Assembly: GCF_025526975.1 (NCBI RefSeq)
Contig: NW_026515695.1
Span: 1 to 64,000, forward strand
DNA length: 64,000 bases
DNA from: Fimicolochytrium jonesii
Taxonomy: Eukaryota
Reading direction: 5' to 3'
The notes below the pieces were generated by a model. The model did no database searches. It was not told where the DNA came from and saw only the letters and a program-made list of their open reading frames with translations. The position numbers were made by a program, and so were the translations under genes. Position 1 is the first letter of the stretch. Every line of letters starts with the position of its first letter. Shown here in pieces: positions 8,678-20,212 of this stretch.

Positions 8678-10644
8678 ATGGCCGACCCACACTCCCACGA
8701 TGAGCGTCAAAAATACGAGGATGAGCTATACAAGGACGACTCGGAAGTAGATAATGAGGGAGCTTCGGACAGGTGTGGATAGCCTTGCGGTCTTTTGGGT
8801 AACTCTTCTCAAGAATTCAAGATGCTGACCACCCCAATGCAGTGAGAATGGTGGCGACGAAGAAGCACTTTCCCACATCAATTACTCGCACAGCTTTCGG
8901 CTTGAGAATGAAGGTTCGATATTACTGTCTTCGCGGGTGACAGCCGGATATCCATAACAGTTCCGTAATAACCTTACGACTTTGTACCTGTAGGGGACGA
9001 AGAGGCAGAGGAAGAGGAAGCTTCCGTGAGCGGCGATATCATACCCCCCGATCTTCTATCCCACGTGCCTTCGTGGACAGAGACGGAAGTCGTCATGATC
9101 TCGGAGGAGAATATGGAAGGCCCCGGCGTATCTTCTATCTCCTCCAAAAAAAGGAGGGAGAAAAAGTCACCCGAGGATGTCGACCTTGAGGTCAAGGTGA
9201 TGCGGATGCGAAGCCCTTCCGCTGACGACAACCCCAACTTGGACGAGGGCTCACTGGAGGTGCGCGGAAAGGGGAGGAGCAGATATTTTGCAGAGGCAGG
9301 GGGGAGGGGATTCTGCAGGATGTGTCGGCATAGTGGGCATACGAGCAGGTTTTGTCCCGAGAAGGTACGAGTGGGTGGACGCTCTCGAATTCGTCGATGC
9401 CGCACGCCTTAGATCGCTGATTAGGGGTTTTCAAAGGAAACCAACTGCTATCTATGCAAAGCCGACCACGATCCCCTCCGTTGCCCAATGAGCAAACTCT
9501 GCTTCAAGTGCATGCAGCGGGGTCACATCTATGCCGTGAGTCCTCCTCTCGCATTGTCATCGACGGAACGGTCGTTCCGCTAACATGGAACTTCAGGAAT
9601 GTCCGAACGCGCGTGATAACACCAGATGCGGCTTCTGCAACGACGGCAACGGGCATCACCCAATGGTATGTTTCGCCTTGTTTCGCCTCTCAAAGTGGTT
9701 TGTAAGGTGACAGAACATCGCTCACGATCCCTTATCCAGCAATGTCCGCAACAATGGAGACAATTCGTGTTTTTGCCGTATAGCGGGGATAAGGAACGGG
9801 ACCAGCTCACGATATACTGCTATAACTGCGGAGACGGGGTATGTTTCGTGGGCGTGCAACATGTGCAGTGTGTGATTGAGTTTCAATGGGCTGACATCTT
9901 CTGATCATCTTTCGTTAGGGTCATATGGGGGATGTAAGTCGACGAACAATCATACTCTAGTTTTACACCATACGCATGGCCCTGAACAATGACTTCCCAA
10001 TCCAGGAATGCCGACACCGCCCCATCCACGGTAGCACCGGAATCTCCTCCTTCACCGCCCTAGCCTTCAACCACAAATTCCCCGACCGCCGCCGCGGCGT
10101 CACCTACACCCCCGCCCGCCGCGAATCGCCCAGCGGCGGAGGTCCCATCGAAATTTACTCCGACAACGAAGACAACGAGCCGATGCCGGTCCCAGGTGTG
10201 CCGCGACATACGAAATTCACCGACTCACCCTCCCGATCACGGTCACCCGTCCCGTCTCGACCACCAGCAAGGGCTGCAACGAAGAAGTATAAAAGCGCAA
10301 AGGGGCAAGCGCGGTCGAAGGAGTGGAAGAAACGAGCCCCAAGGCCTTCTCGGTCACCTTCGCCAGTGCGGCAGGGTCAATCAAGGGGGCGGGCTGCGTC
10401 GGCGGTAAAGCCAAAGAAGGCTCGCGGGTCGTCACATAGCCAGAACCCGCAACAGTGGAACCAAGGTAATAGAACTGGCGGGAAGGCGAAGAAGACGGGC
10501 GGGAAGCAGTCGATTCACCCGGAGGAAACGTCGAATAATAAACGGCGTCGGAATGCAAACCAGAACGCAAACGCGAACGCAAGCGCGTCGTCGCCACCTG
10601 CACGAGGGCGGTCTACACGACGGAAGAAGAGTCGGCCTAGCTGA
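8678..10644 (+). CDS. Air1/Air2 (ZCCHC7)-like multi-zinc-knuckle protein, multi-exon
   Basis: CCHC knuckles CRMCRHSGHTSRFC, CYLCKADHDPLRC, CFKCMQRGH, CGFCNDGNGH…WRQF and CYNCGDG; RYF motif before the first knuckle; acidic N-terminus and basic tail. Confidence 0.8.
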
Positions 10645-10770
10645 ATGGAGATTTTCTCTTCGCGATAGATAACTTATAAGTTTTGCACAACCTCTTATAT
10701 TGGCCCACTATCTCTCACTACCATAGCGCCTAGCGAGCTAGTGAAAAGTGTATCCCAATCCTACTATAGA

Positions 10771-12990
10771 TCATGTACATATAGACGACTCCCTCAAAGC
10801 CCTCTCAAAAATCCCGATCAACACCTCCGCCTCCTCCAACCCCACACTAACCCGAACCAGATGCTTTGGCACGCCGTAACTTTCCGCCCACTCGAGCTCG
10901 CCGTAGTGCGCGATCAGTGTGTACGGGCACGCCAGGGTGAAGTTAGTGCCAAGCGATGGGCCTTTGGCGACTTGGAGGGCGTCGAAGAAAGCGATTGCAA
11001 GTGCTGGGGTGGAGAGGGAGAGGGAGAAGAGGCCGCCGTAGCCGTAGTTTTTGATTGGGGAAGGTGGTGGGCAGTCGGCGGCGGTGGATGATGATGCTGT
11101 GGTCCCCGGGACGACCCGCGCATGCCGCTCGTACAACTCCCTATCCACAAACTTCGGATAATGCACCTCCACAACCCCCTCACACCCCTTCAAGTAATCA
11201 CACAACCGTTCCGCAGTCGCATTAATCCTCTCAATCCTCTTTCTGAAACTCCTCGAATTCCGCTCCAGCACCACCGCGTCCTCACACCACATCGTGTCCT
11301 CGTACAGGCATCGCATGGTCGCTACCAAGGTTTCGTAGTGCGGCGTTATAGGGCTGATCACCGCGCACCCGCCCATGACGTCGGAGTCGCCGGAGAAGAT
11401 CTTGGTGAGGCTGGAGACGAGGATGTCTGCCCATAGAATCGGGGACACGTTGAGGAAATTGCCGATTGTCTCGTCGACGACGATCAGGAAGTTATGCGCG
11501 TTTGCCAGACGGCGCAGACGGGTAAGGTCCGGCGTTCGAAGGAGCGGGTTGGACGGGAACTCGCAAAAGACGGCGGAGATGGGTGTTGTGGGGAGGATGG
11601 AGTGCTCGAGAGCGTCGAGGTCGGCGGTGTCGCCGTGGCCGAGGAAGATGCAGCCTGGGCCGAACTTTTCTTGGATTTTGAGGGTGTCGAGGTAGGGGAA
11701 GCCGTATTGGACGGATTTGCGGTTGGGGTGGAGGTGCAGGACGAGGCGGTGGGCGTTGTAGATGGCGCTCATGCCGGAGGGGAAGAGAAATACGTCGGAT
11801 TCTTTGAGGTTGACGCCTCGGCCCGGGATCGTGGGGGTTGTGGGAGTCGTAGGAGTTTGGGATTGATTTGATGTTGCGTCACTTGGCGTGTCGACAACAT
11901 TGCCGTTGCTGGTATGAACGCCATCAGTTAATGGCTCACCATCCTGGAACAGCTCTTCAGCGTCTCCCAGGACTCCAGCAATACGCTTCTTGATGATCGT
12001 TTTGGCCTCAGCTGCAGTTCGGAAATCCAGGCTCCGTCCGAACCGCTCCTCGACGTACAGGTGATGTTCGTTATTCGCAGCGTCCTGCCTCGCCACAGTC
12101 ACCAGATGATGCTGCCGTTCAGGCGTATACTCATCCTTCCTGTAATGCCTCGCGCCTGCTCCCCTCAACCCTTGGGCATACCCGGCGATGGCAAATCCTT
12201 TCGATTTCTGATTGGCTTCCAGTACGTATAGACAGTGTTCTGCGAAGCGGCTAGAGATACCTTCGCCGGAATGTTGCCAGAACTGTTTGGCCACCTTGCG
12301 TCCTGTCTCGCAGCCCGGAAAGACGGCGACGTGCAGGACGCAAGGCGCGGTATCGGCGATGGTGGTCAGACGCGGGTCGTGGGAAAATACAGAGTCGGCG
12401 GAGGTGGTGGGCGAGATGGTAAGTTCTGCGATCCGGACGGGGGGTTCTTTTAAGTTGGCTGTTAATCCATTCGCATTCTCATCGTCGCTGCTGCAGCCCG
12501 CTTTGGTCTCGAAGGAATATCGGTGTTTGAAGAACCTCCTGAACTCCTCCGCGGCTCGTCGGCAGAGGTACACCAGACACGCCTCGCCATCTTTCGCAAA
12601 CTTGGCTTCGCAGACCGCGGTCAGCCTCTTTACGCTTGCATGGTAGACAAAACGAGGGTAGCCGCTCCGCAGCTTTGTAATGATCTCCGGGTCGCCTTCC
12701 TCGTACCCGACGTTTGCTTGCCATGTGGGGAGTGACACGGAGACGGCGTGTGGGGCGGATGGAATGGGGGCTCCGAGAGGGAAGGTCTTGACTGTGTGGG
12801 AGGGCCGGGAGTCGGGGGCTACCTGAAGATCCACTGCTGAAAGTGGGAGGGGTTCGTTGGCGTACATTGCAGCAGGCATTTCCGACGGCGGTTTGTCGTA
12901 ATGTCGTACTGTACGTTGGGGGGGCGGCAGGTTGATGAAAATGCTCTTATGGCGGATGGGGGGCATTCTGACGCGAGGAGTCATCGCCAT
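10771..12990 (-). CDS. Cystathionine gamma-synthase (fungal Str2/Met-7 type)
   Basis: HAVSVSLPTW…GYPRF; FPSGMSA; GFPYLDTLKI; EFPSNP; PLP lysine motif SLTKIFSG; KGPSLGTNFTLACPY; RVSVGLE. Confidence 0.93.
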   Translation of the reverse strand: MAMTPRVRMPPIRHKSIFINLPPPQRTVRHYDKPPSEMPAAMYANEPLPLSAVDLQVAPDSRPSHTVKTFPLGAPIPSAPHAVSVSLPTWQANVGYEEGDPEIITKLRSGYPRFVYHASVKRLTAVCEAKFAKDGEACLVYLCRRAAEEFRRFFKHRYSFETKAGCSSDDENANGLTANLKEPPVRIAELTISPTTSADSVFSHDPRLTTIADTAPCVLHVAVFPGCETGRKVAKQFWQHSGEGISSRFAEHCLYVLEANQKSKGFAIAGYAQGLRGAGARHYRKDEYTPERQHHLVTVARQDAANNEHHLYVEERFGRSLDFRTAAEAKTIIKKRIAGVLGDAEELFQDGEPLTDGVHTSNGNVVDTPSDATSNQSQTPTTPTTPTIPGRGVNLKESDVFLFPSGMSAIYNAHRLVLHLHPNRKSVQYGFPYLDTLKIQEKFGPGCIFLGHGDTADLDALEHSILPTTPISAVFCEFPSNPLLRTPDLTRLRRLANAHNFLIVVDETIGNFLNVSPILWADILVSSLTKIFSGDSDVMGGCAVISPITPHYETLVATMRCLYEDTMWCEDAVVLERNSRSFRKRIERINATAERLCDYLKGCEGVVEVHYPKFVDRELYERHARVVPGTTASSSTAADCPPPSPIKNYGYGGLFSLSLSTPALAIAFFDALQVAKGPSLGTNFTLACPYTLIAHYGELEWAESYGVPKHLVRVSVGLEEAEVLIGIFERALRESSICT

Positions 12991-13091
12991 CGCTTTCGCT
13001 TATCTTCACAAAGCGCAGTCAACGCACGCCCGTCCGGCGTCCAAGCGCTTCTTTTTTCGACCCCGCAAGTTGCAACTGCCTCTGCGAACCC

Positions 13092-14264
13092 ATGGCCAAG
13101 CGGCGACGACGGCCTCTTTCCCTAGTACCACCACCACCTCCTCAGGAACTATTGCCCGCTGAAATGCCTCAACCAACAAAAGCATACAAACCGCAACCAG
13201 CCTCGCAAAAGCGGTCTGCAAAACTATCCGCAAAACCACAAAATACTCGCCCATCAACCACCTCCACTGCTCGCTCAAAACCAACGAACCCCACACAAAG
13301 AGACGACACGGACCTCCTCCTCCTCCACTCCGCTCAACGCACCCTCCTCTCACCCTCCTCCCCCGAACAATACCTCCTCCACGCCCTCATCACCGCCTTC
13401 CCACCCACACCCACCACCACCACCGACTCGACCGCAGAACACCTCCGCACCATAAAAACCCACTTCTTCAACCGAAACTACGCCGCAATATTCACCACCG
13501 AGTCGCTGCTACCTGTTTATGCCGCCGAGTATATCCCGAGCCGCGCGCTATGCTATAGGGAGATGTTTATGCGGGTGAAGGCGGTGAGGGAGGTGATGGT
13601 CAAGGGAGGAAAGATGTGTTGTTTGGGCGCCGGGAACGGGAGTGAGCTGGTGGGCGTGGTGGCGGCGATGTGTGGCATGGAGGTGTTTGGGCTCAAGAAG
13701 AGGATTCCGACGACGGACGAGTCATCATCACCACAAGCACCACGAATACCATCGCATCTGGAAGTTCATATCCAGGATTTGGCCAATTACGGCACGGTCC
13801 TCCCCTCCCTCCTCGCCAGCCTACAACAGCACTACCCCACCGCATCATCCCACGTGCACCTAACAACAAGCGTCTCAGACCTCCTCCAACCCACACCCAC
13901 CCAAATCACCACTCTAAAAGAAACCATCTCAACATCGTCCCTAACAACCGCCATGTTCCTCCTCAACGAGCTCCTAACCACTAACAAATCCGCATTCGTC
14001 AAATTCATCACCCTCCTCATGGACGCCCTCACCCCCGGCTCCTTACTCCTAGTAGTCGACTCGGCAGGCAGTTTCTCAGAGTGCAGTGTTGGGGGTGACG
14101 CGGGGAAGAGGGAGTATATGGTTTATCAATTGCTGGATAATATGAGGTGTCTGGAGACGGTGGAGAGTGAGGATGCGATTTGGTATCGGTTTCCCGAGGG
14201 GTTGAGGTATCCGACCAGGCTGAATAATATGAGGTATTTTCTCAGACTGTATCGGAAGGCGTAG
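13092..14264 (+). CDS. Bmt6-like 25S rRNA uridine-N3 methyltransferase
   Basis: IKTHFFNRNY…F…Y(A)…PSRALCY; CLGAGNGSEL; MFLLNEL; PGSLLLVVDSAGSFS; WYR…LRYP..L.NMRY. Confidence 0.75.
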   Translation: MAKRRRRPLSLVPPPPPQELLPAEMPQPTKAYKPQPASQKRSAKLSAKPQNTRPSTTSTARSKPTNPTQRDDTDLLLLHSAQRTLLSPSSPEQYLLHALITAFPPTPTTTTDSTAEHLRTIKTHFFNRNYAAIFTTESLLPVYAAEYIPSRALCYREMFMRVKAVREVMVKGGKMCCLGAGNGSELVGVVAAMCGMEVFGLKKRIPTTDESSSPQAPRIPSHLEVHIQDLANYGTVLPSLLASLQQHYPTASSHVHLTTSVSDLLQPTPTQITTLKETISTSSLTTAMFLLNELLTTNKSAFVKFITLLMDALTPGSLLLVVDSAGSFSECSVGGDAGKREYMVYQLLDNMRCLETVESEDAIWYRFPEGLRYPTRLNNMRYFLRLYRKA

Positions 14265-14515
14265 ATTTAGACGTAGATATGTAGATCATGATACGTATGA
14301 TAGTCATTGGTGATACTAATAGAGCTGTGGGGTAGCGTGCACGGCCGCTTCCCAAGCAAACGCTCTATTGATTATTGACTTGCGATATTGGGATGGTGGT
14401 TATGTACAAGCGACACCGGGTCACCTTTCGCATCGATGCACGGCGTGAGGGCGCCGTGAGACAATCCGTGGTCGGTGCGTGCAATGGTATATATATGAGA
14501 TGCTGTCCCCTTCAC

Positions 14516-15526
14516 TCATGCAGCCAGCGGCTCCTCCAGCTGCCTCTCCTTCTGCTTCTGTCTCGTTTTCGTAGCTACGGGTGCCGTTCCAGTATCCCCC
14601 ACATTCGCTTCCTCCTCAGCGTCATCCGCCAGGGTGTCCGGCACGTCTGGCAAGGCGTCGGTGTCGATTGCGGGTGTGGGTACGGTGTTTTCTGGGATGG
14701 CGGGGAATTTGGCCACCGTCTGTAAATGCCATCCAACGGGGTTTAACCTGTCTCACTCCGGGAAAAGGAATGATGTATGCGTAGCACACCAAACGCACCT
14801 CCTCCGCCTCCAACAGATCCAACTGCGCCATAATCTCGTCCTCATCCTCCGCCGATATCGACCCGCTTATCAGATCATTGATCTCCTGCAAAGCGCAAAT
14901 GTAAGCCATACGAGCCCCCCCGCGTCACCCACCCCATCGCGTACACTCACAGCCTGATAAGCAATCCCATCCGCCGTATCATCCATCAACCTCTGCACCG
15001 CATCCAACGACATCTCCTTATGAATCATCGTCAATATCTCATTCCCTTGCTGCAAACCCTTCATGACATCCTGTTCCACCAATGAATATTCGATTTGGCC
15101 CGTCTAAAAAGTGGATCATGATAGGCGTTAGGTTTTTTATAGGCATGATGGGGGATAAGGTGATGGCACGAGACTTACGAGTTGCTCGAGAGTGAAGAGC
15201 TGGTCGTCGGTCTGTTTTAGGAGCCGTTCTTGGTATTTTTTCTTTTTGAGGGCTAGGAGGGCCCGGCCTTGGTCGCCGGCGCGGAGATGGTGTTTTGCTA
15301 CTTCGACTTCTTTGTCTAGGACTAATTGTATCTTTTCCGATTGTCGCAAGCATTAGCTCTCAGCTTTCATCGTGGATGAGGGGAAAGGCGGACTGACCTT
15401 CTTCTGGTATTGTTTCAACTTATCCCGCTGGAGTTTGAGGTCGAGTATTGCTCTGTCTTTTGGGAGCATGTCCTTTTGGCGGATTTTATGCGCTTTGGAC
15501 TTGTCTTTTGAGACTAGGTTGCCCAT
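14516..15526 (-). CDS. VPS20: ESCRT-III subunit Vps20/CHMP6, multi-exon
   Basis: N-terminal MG; DRAILDLKLQRDKLKQYQKK; RALLALKKKKYQE.LL..TD.QL..LEQL; LMDDTADGIAYQ; terminal EEPLAA. Confidence 0.92.
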
Positions 15527-15775
15527 GGTGGTGGTGGTGGTTTCGGTTGCGTAGAAGACTGGGTTTGTTTTGCGTACTGTGTTGGTGTTAGCGGGGCTTG
15601 GGTTGTCTCTGTTTCTGGCAATGACGGTGGTTGCCGATGTCAACCCAATGTCACCCAATGTCAACCAGAATGTCAACTTGCTGCTCAACGCTCTCGAGAG
15701 TCTCAACGCGTTGCTTGCGTTTTCCGCAAGTTGACAAGGTGTTCTCCGCAACACAGTGCTCACTGTAATAGCATC

Positions 15776-16843
15776 ATGGCTTCCCACGAAGGCCACGAAG
15801 GCCACCACCCCCCAGAGCACGGTGGCGGCGGGACCGGCGATGACACAGACAGCGGGGGAGGCCATCACGGCGGTGGAATCGGCGGCGGACACTCCATGGG
15901 CGGCATGGTGTTGAATTGGAGCAATAGTTAGTACAGGCAGAATATGTACAGCCACTCTCCCCCAAGTCAGCGAAACTGACCTCCCATATCTTAGATGTCG
16001 TTATCGTGTTTGACTGGTGGAGAAGCGATAGTATGCCCTCCATTCAAACCGGCATCCGTTCTGTATCATTTATCTGATCTCCCGAGGCGAAACAGGTCCC
16101 GAAGGCCTCTTCGTTAGCTGCTGGGCAATCCTACTCGCAGCATTCCTGTAAGTCCCCTCACCATCCTCCATCTTCCTTACGGGTTTTCCCCTCATCCCTC
16201 CAAATCATTCTCCACCCGTAAGATTCGAAGCCTTCCGCGCCTTCCGAACGAAACAAGACAAACGGCTCGTTAAACTGCTCGAGACGCAACCGAGTGCGCT
16301 GGGTGCTTCGGCGACTGGTCCCAGTAGGCATCGGTATGGATTGACGGGCGGGATGGAAGATGAGGAAAGGGAGGGGTTGCTTGGTGGCGATGGGGGAGTG
16401 CGAGTGCCGGAGAGTGTGCTGAGGGTTGGGGATGGTGGAATGAGTGAGAGAGAGGGAGTTGGCCTACGAAGCTTGGAGGGTGCACAACTGGGACAGCAAA
16501 GAATGGCATTGGCATGGTGAGGAAATGGCAACGGCTGATTGGAGAGTGGCCTAACATGTCTCATTTTCGCTTCACTTTTCCGGTCTTAGCATCCGCGGCC
16601 GCTCGACCATTCAGTTATACCGGACCTTCTTACACGCCACAGAACTTTTATTGGGCTACTTCTTAAGTAAGTGCCTTTGATTGCTTCTCGAAGGGCAATT
16701 GGGACCATACTCATTCACGTGCAGTGATGGCATTCATGACCCTGAACGGTTACATATGTACATCACTCATCCTTGGAGCCGCGTTGGGGTTCTTCTTCTG
16801 CCAGTCGCAGCCGGTACCGGCCAATCGACAGGCGTGTCATTGA
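15776..16843 (+). CDS. Ctr-family copper transporter, multi-exon
   Basis: His/Met-rich N-terminus (MASHEGHEGHH…HSMGGM); LGYFL…MAFMTLNGY…ILGAALGFFF; C-terminal CH before the stop. Confidence 0.85.
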
Positions 16844-17039
16844 TGGGTTTTTTGGACCGCAGGCTGGTCCGGTATGTTAGGAAGCTGTTAATGCTACCTC
16901 TAATGGTGTTGGGCTAGGTGCAATTGCAGCATAATCAGGGGAGATGTGGCACGCTTCATCTGCGTTGCTTCGGAGTTTCGATGTGGAATACTGCCATATA
17001 CTGTACATATATACAACGCAACGTCCAACGTCCATCGTC

Positions 17040-17930
17040 CTACATCCAATATCTCGACTTGAAGAACGCCACCATCTCCGGATCATCCACCCCCTTCCGA
17101 TTCGCCCCCGCATAAACCTCCATCAAAACCCTACTTTGCCCCGCCCCATCCAACTCCTCCACCCACTTACTCATCGCCCCAATCCCCACCACCCTCGCCG
17201 CCGCAACCATACTCCCCACCAGCGCCGGGTCCTTGTACCGTTTCAACAGCATCAACGCGCGGACGATCTCGGTGTGGATGTATAGGTCGTCTTGTGTTGC
17301 TTCGGTTGTTTGAGGGAAGGGGAAACGGGTGTAGACATCGACTGCCTGTTCTAGACCCTGGGGGGCGGGACTGTGGTGCTCGAGAAAGGCCCCGAGCTCG
17401 ATGTACGCGTCGTGTAAAGTCGGTGTGTCCTCAATCGCCCGCGTGTACACGTCCACGACCATTTTGAACAGCTCGGGCAGCTGGCCTTCTTTTGTCACCC
17501 ACGCGGGTGGTGGGTTCGGGTTATCTTCCTTGCCGGTGGGTTGATCACCGGTTTTCTCGAGGGTTGCTTGTCGCTTTTCTTGGGATTGTTGGTATTCGAG
17601 CAGGGCGACGTAGCGGCGGGTGAGGACTTGGCCCATTGTGACGTAGATGCCGGGGGGAGGGATGTAGCCGGAGTATTTTTCAACGGTTTTTGGTTGTGAT
17701 TGCGATGCATCTCCGTCTCCTGTGGTGGCAATCTTCGCTGGCTGCACATCCGGTGCAGTTTTAGTTGATGTCTTTGGAGTTAACGTCTCTTTGCCACCTT
17801 TGATTGTTGCTTTTGATGAACCGGCAGCTACGGTCGTAGCGGGTGTGCTTAATCCGGTCTTGGGCCGCCCGGTCACTGCAGGTGCTTTTGCGGCAGGTGC
17901 CGCCTTGGCGGTGGTTTGTGTTGGTGGCAT
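17040..17930 (-). CDS. Hypothetical protein with helical/TPR-like C-terminal half
   Basis: 296-aa ORF; low-complexity N-terminus followed by amphipathic helical segments. Confidence 0.6.
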   Translation of the reverse strand: MPPTQTTAKAAPAAKAPAVTGRPKTGLSTPATTVAAGSSKATIKGGKETLTPKTSTKTAPDVQPAKIATTGDGDASQSQPKTVEKYSGYIPPPGIYVTMGQVLTRRYVALLEYQQSQEKRQATLEKTGDQPTGKEDNPNPPPAWVTKEGQLPELFKMVVDVYTRAIEDTPTLHDAYIELGAFLEHHSPAPQGLEQAVDVYTRFPFPQTTEATQDDLYIHTEIVRALMLLKRYKDPALVGSMVAAARVVGIGAMSKWVEELDGAGQSRVLMEVYAGANRKGVDDPEMVAFFKSRYWM

Positions 17931-18224
17931 CTTCTGGGTACGGAGGTAAATGAGAGCTCCCGACCCAATGCGTTTTCGGAGAAACGCGTGACGCTCTCTC
18001 TTGTTTACGCGTTTCTCTCAGACGTCTCTTCGCCAAAGGTCTTCTGAGGTTATCAGACAGGCTTGCATATCCATCCTATATTGCACAAAGTCATAATATA
18101 CCGAAGGTGCGCAAAGGTCTTTATAAACATCTGATACCCCAACGCACAGCCAGCAAAAAGCACATCCAATCCAACATTCAATTGAACCACTGAAACCCAA
18201 ACCCCCTCCCGCAACCCGATAACA

Positions 18225-18518
18225 ATGTCCGCCTACACCAACCCCATCGCCGACCGCTCCGCCTCCACCTCCACCTTCACCACCGCCACGCCCAACGACC
18301 CCACCGACAGCCCGCGCCGCAAATCCAAAGCGCCGCTGTACGACAAACCCTCGCGCGAGCTGCTCGACGAACTTTACGACGGGCCGGTTTTGTCGTCGAA
18401 TGCGGGCACCCATGCGAGCGTGACCTTGAATCATCGTGATCAAATGTTGAGTCATGCAGGGAGCACTGGGAGCCTGTTCGGTGATTTCAAGGGTAGGTGG
18501 TTGGGATTGGTTGCTTAG
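18225..18518 (+). CDS. Small hypothetical protein
   Basis: 97-aa ORF with an ACAATG start context and C-ending codon bias; the 3' end may be spliced. Confidence 0.45.
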   Translation: MSAYTNPIADRSASTSTFTTATPNDPTDSPRRKSKAPLYDKPSRELLDELYDGPVLSSNAGTHASVTLNHRDQMLSHAGSTGSLFGDFKGRWLGLVA

Positions 18519-18836
18519 AGATTTCGTGGAAGTGCTCCTAATGTTTGAACCATCTACTTCAGACACCAACACTCAGATGAAGAACTCTTGGTGATCGGAT
18601 GATTGTCACTTGCATTTGTTTCAACGTGTGGTTTCTATTGAAGGCTTCCGTCGATATTCTAAGTACTGCCTTTTATGTACGTCTAGTCAAATAAGAAAAC
18701 AGATCCTCTGAAAACGAATCGAGCAAAGAGGAGTCTATGGATCTAGTCATCTAGTGAACGGTGCTCACGTTGGTGCAACGTCCGTGCGTTTGCAATAAGT
18801 GCAATTCTGGCTCGTTGATCGAAATCTGAAGTCCCC

Positions 18837-19763
18837 TCAGACCTCCTTCCGACGCTTCCTGACAATATTGACCAGCACATGCTTGCCAGGATCGTCCCTC
18901 GATGGCTCCTTGCCAATCTCCACGACCTCCAAACCTTGATCCGTAAACAGCCGCTTGACATGGCTCATGGTGGTGAAGATCTTGCTGGCCTCCGTGCCGC
19001 GCTCCTTATATGCCCAGTAGCAGACTTTGGTAGGTGCTTCAGGACTGGGTTCCAAAAGATCCGCCATTGTCTTCACAAAAGCGGGGACGAGTTCCTCCAG
19101 CCATGCGACTTCGGCCGCCATGATGATGGGAGCGGATCGTGGGTCGGTGAGTTTACATTGCTGAGATACAGGTTCGAACCAGTCTAACGTCTGCACGCTC
19201 GCTGTCCCTCGCCCCACCACAGTCGTCGTCTTCCATTTCGATATTGGCGCATGCCCATTGTCCGACGCAGAACTGTTCGCATTCCGCCGCACATTCGCCC
19301 GCGTCAAATCGCACACGCTGGCCACATCCGTCAGCAGCACGTCTCCGCCCAGCGCCGCAACACCTAGCCCGGCGATTCCCGTCCCGCTGCCCAGCTCGAC
19401 CACACTCTCGCGGTTTTCGATGACTCTGCGGCGAAATTCGACGGCTTCGGGGTTTTCGGCTGATCGGAGGAAGGAGAGGAGAGCGATGGCGCCTTCCCAG
19501 ACCGAAAATCCTGTGATGTGCACGCCATAAAAGATTAGGAGTTTTGTTCCTGCTATGATGCGAGACTTCAATATTCATCAAGTCTAACCAGTAGCAGCCG
19601 CGAGCGTGTAGGATGGGTCAAAAAAGTACGGGTCCACTGCTATCTCATCGTCTTCGTCGTCTTCCTCCAGGCGCGACGCAATGACAAGTTTATGTGGCGG
19701 GAATGCAACGTGGTGATATAAGTATTCCTTGTCGGAGGTTCTGCTGATCTGTAGAGGCTCCAT
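18837..19763 (-). CDS. METTL21/family-16 protein-lysine methyltransferase
   Basis: TG..VWEGAIAL; VVELGSGTGIAGL; VLLTD; LDW; one intron near 19513-19588. Confidence 0.85.
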
Positions 19764-20212
19764 CGTGGAGCGAATTCGGGTTTTTTTTGGAGGGTATCAC
19801 AAGGGATGGAGCGAACCAGCGCCTAGCACATATCCTTTCGCGGGACAGAATTCAGGCGAGCGTTGAGAGGAGCCGGGCGAGGGCGGAGCAATAGGGTATC
19901 TTGCGTTTATCGGATGCCGCTTTATGTTGTGTGCACGAGCTTCTGAACTGCGAATCCAGTCTTCCCTTGACAAGGCCCATGTCCAAAAAGGAGACAGCGG
20001 CCGGTGCATCGGGGCATGCCGTCATTTTTGCCTTGCGACTTGGCGTCGGTTCCAACTTCGAAATTCACCCACCACCATCCCCATCTACAGTTACTCAACA
20101 GACCCCCTGGCCTCGCAACAGTCTACGAGGATAGTCATATCTCGTCCTACGGTCTCCTACAGCAGGCCCACCCATCCACAGGCTGTCGAAACACCCCTTG
20201 CGAAGTGAAGTC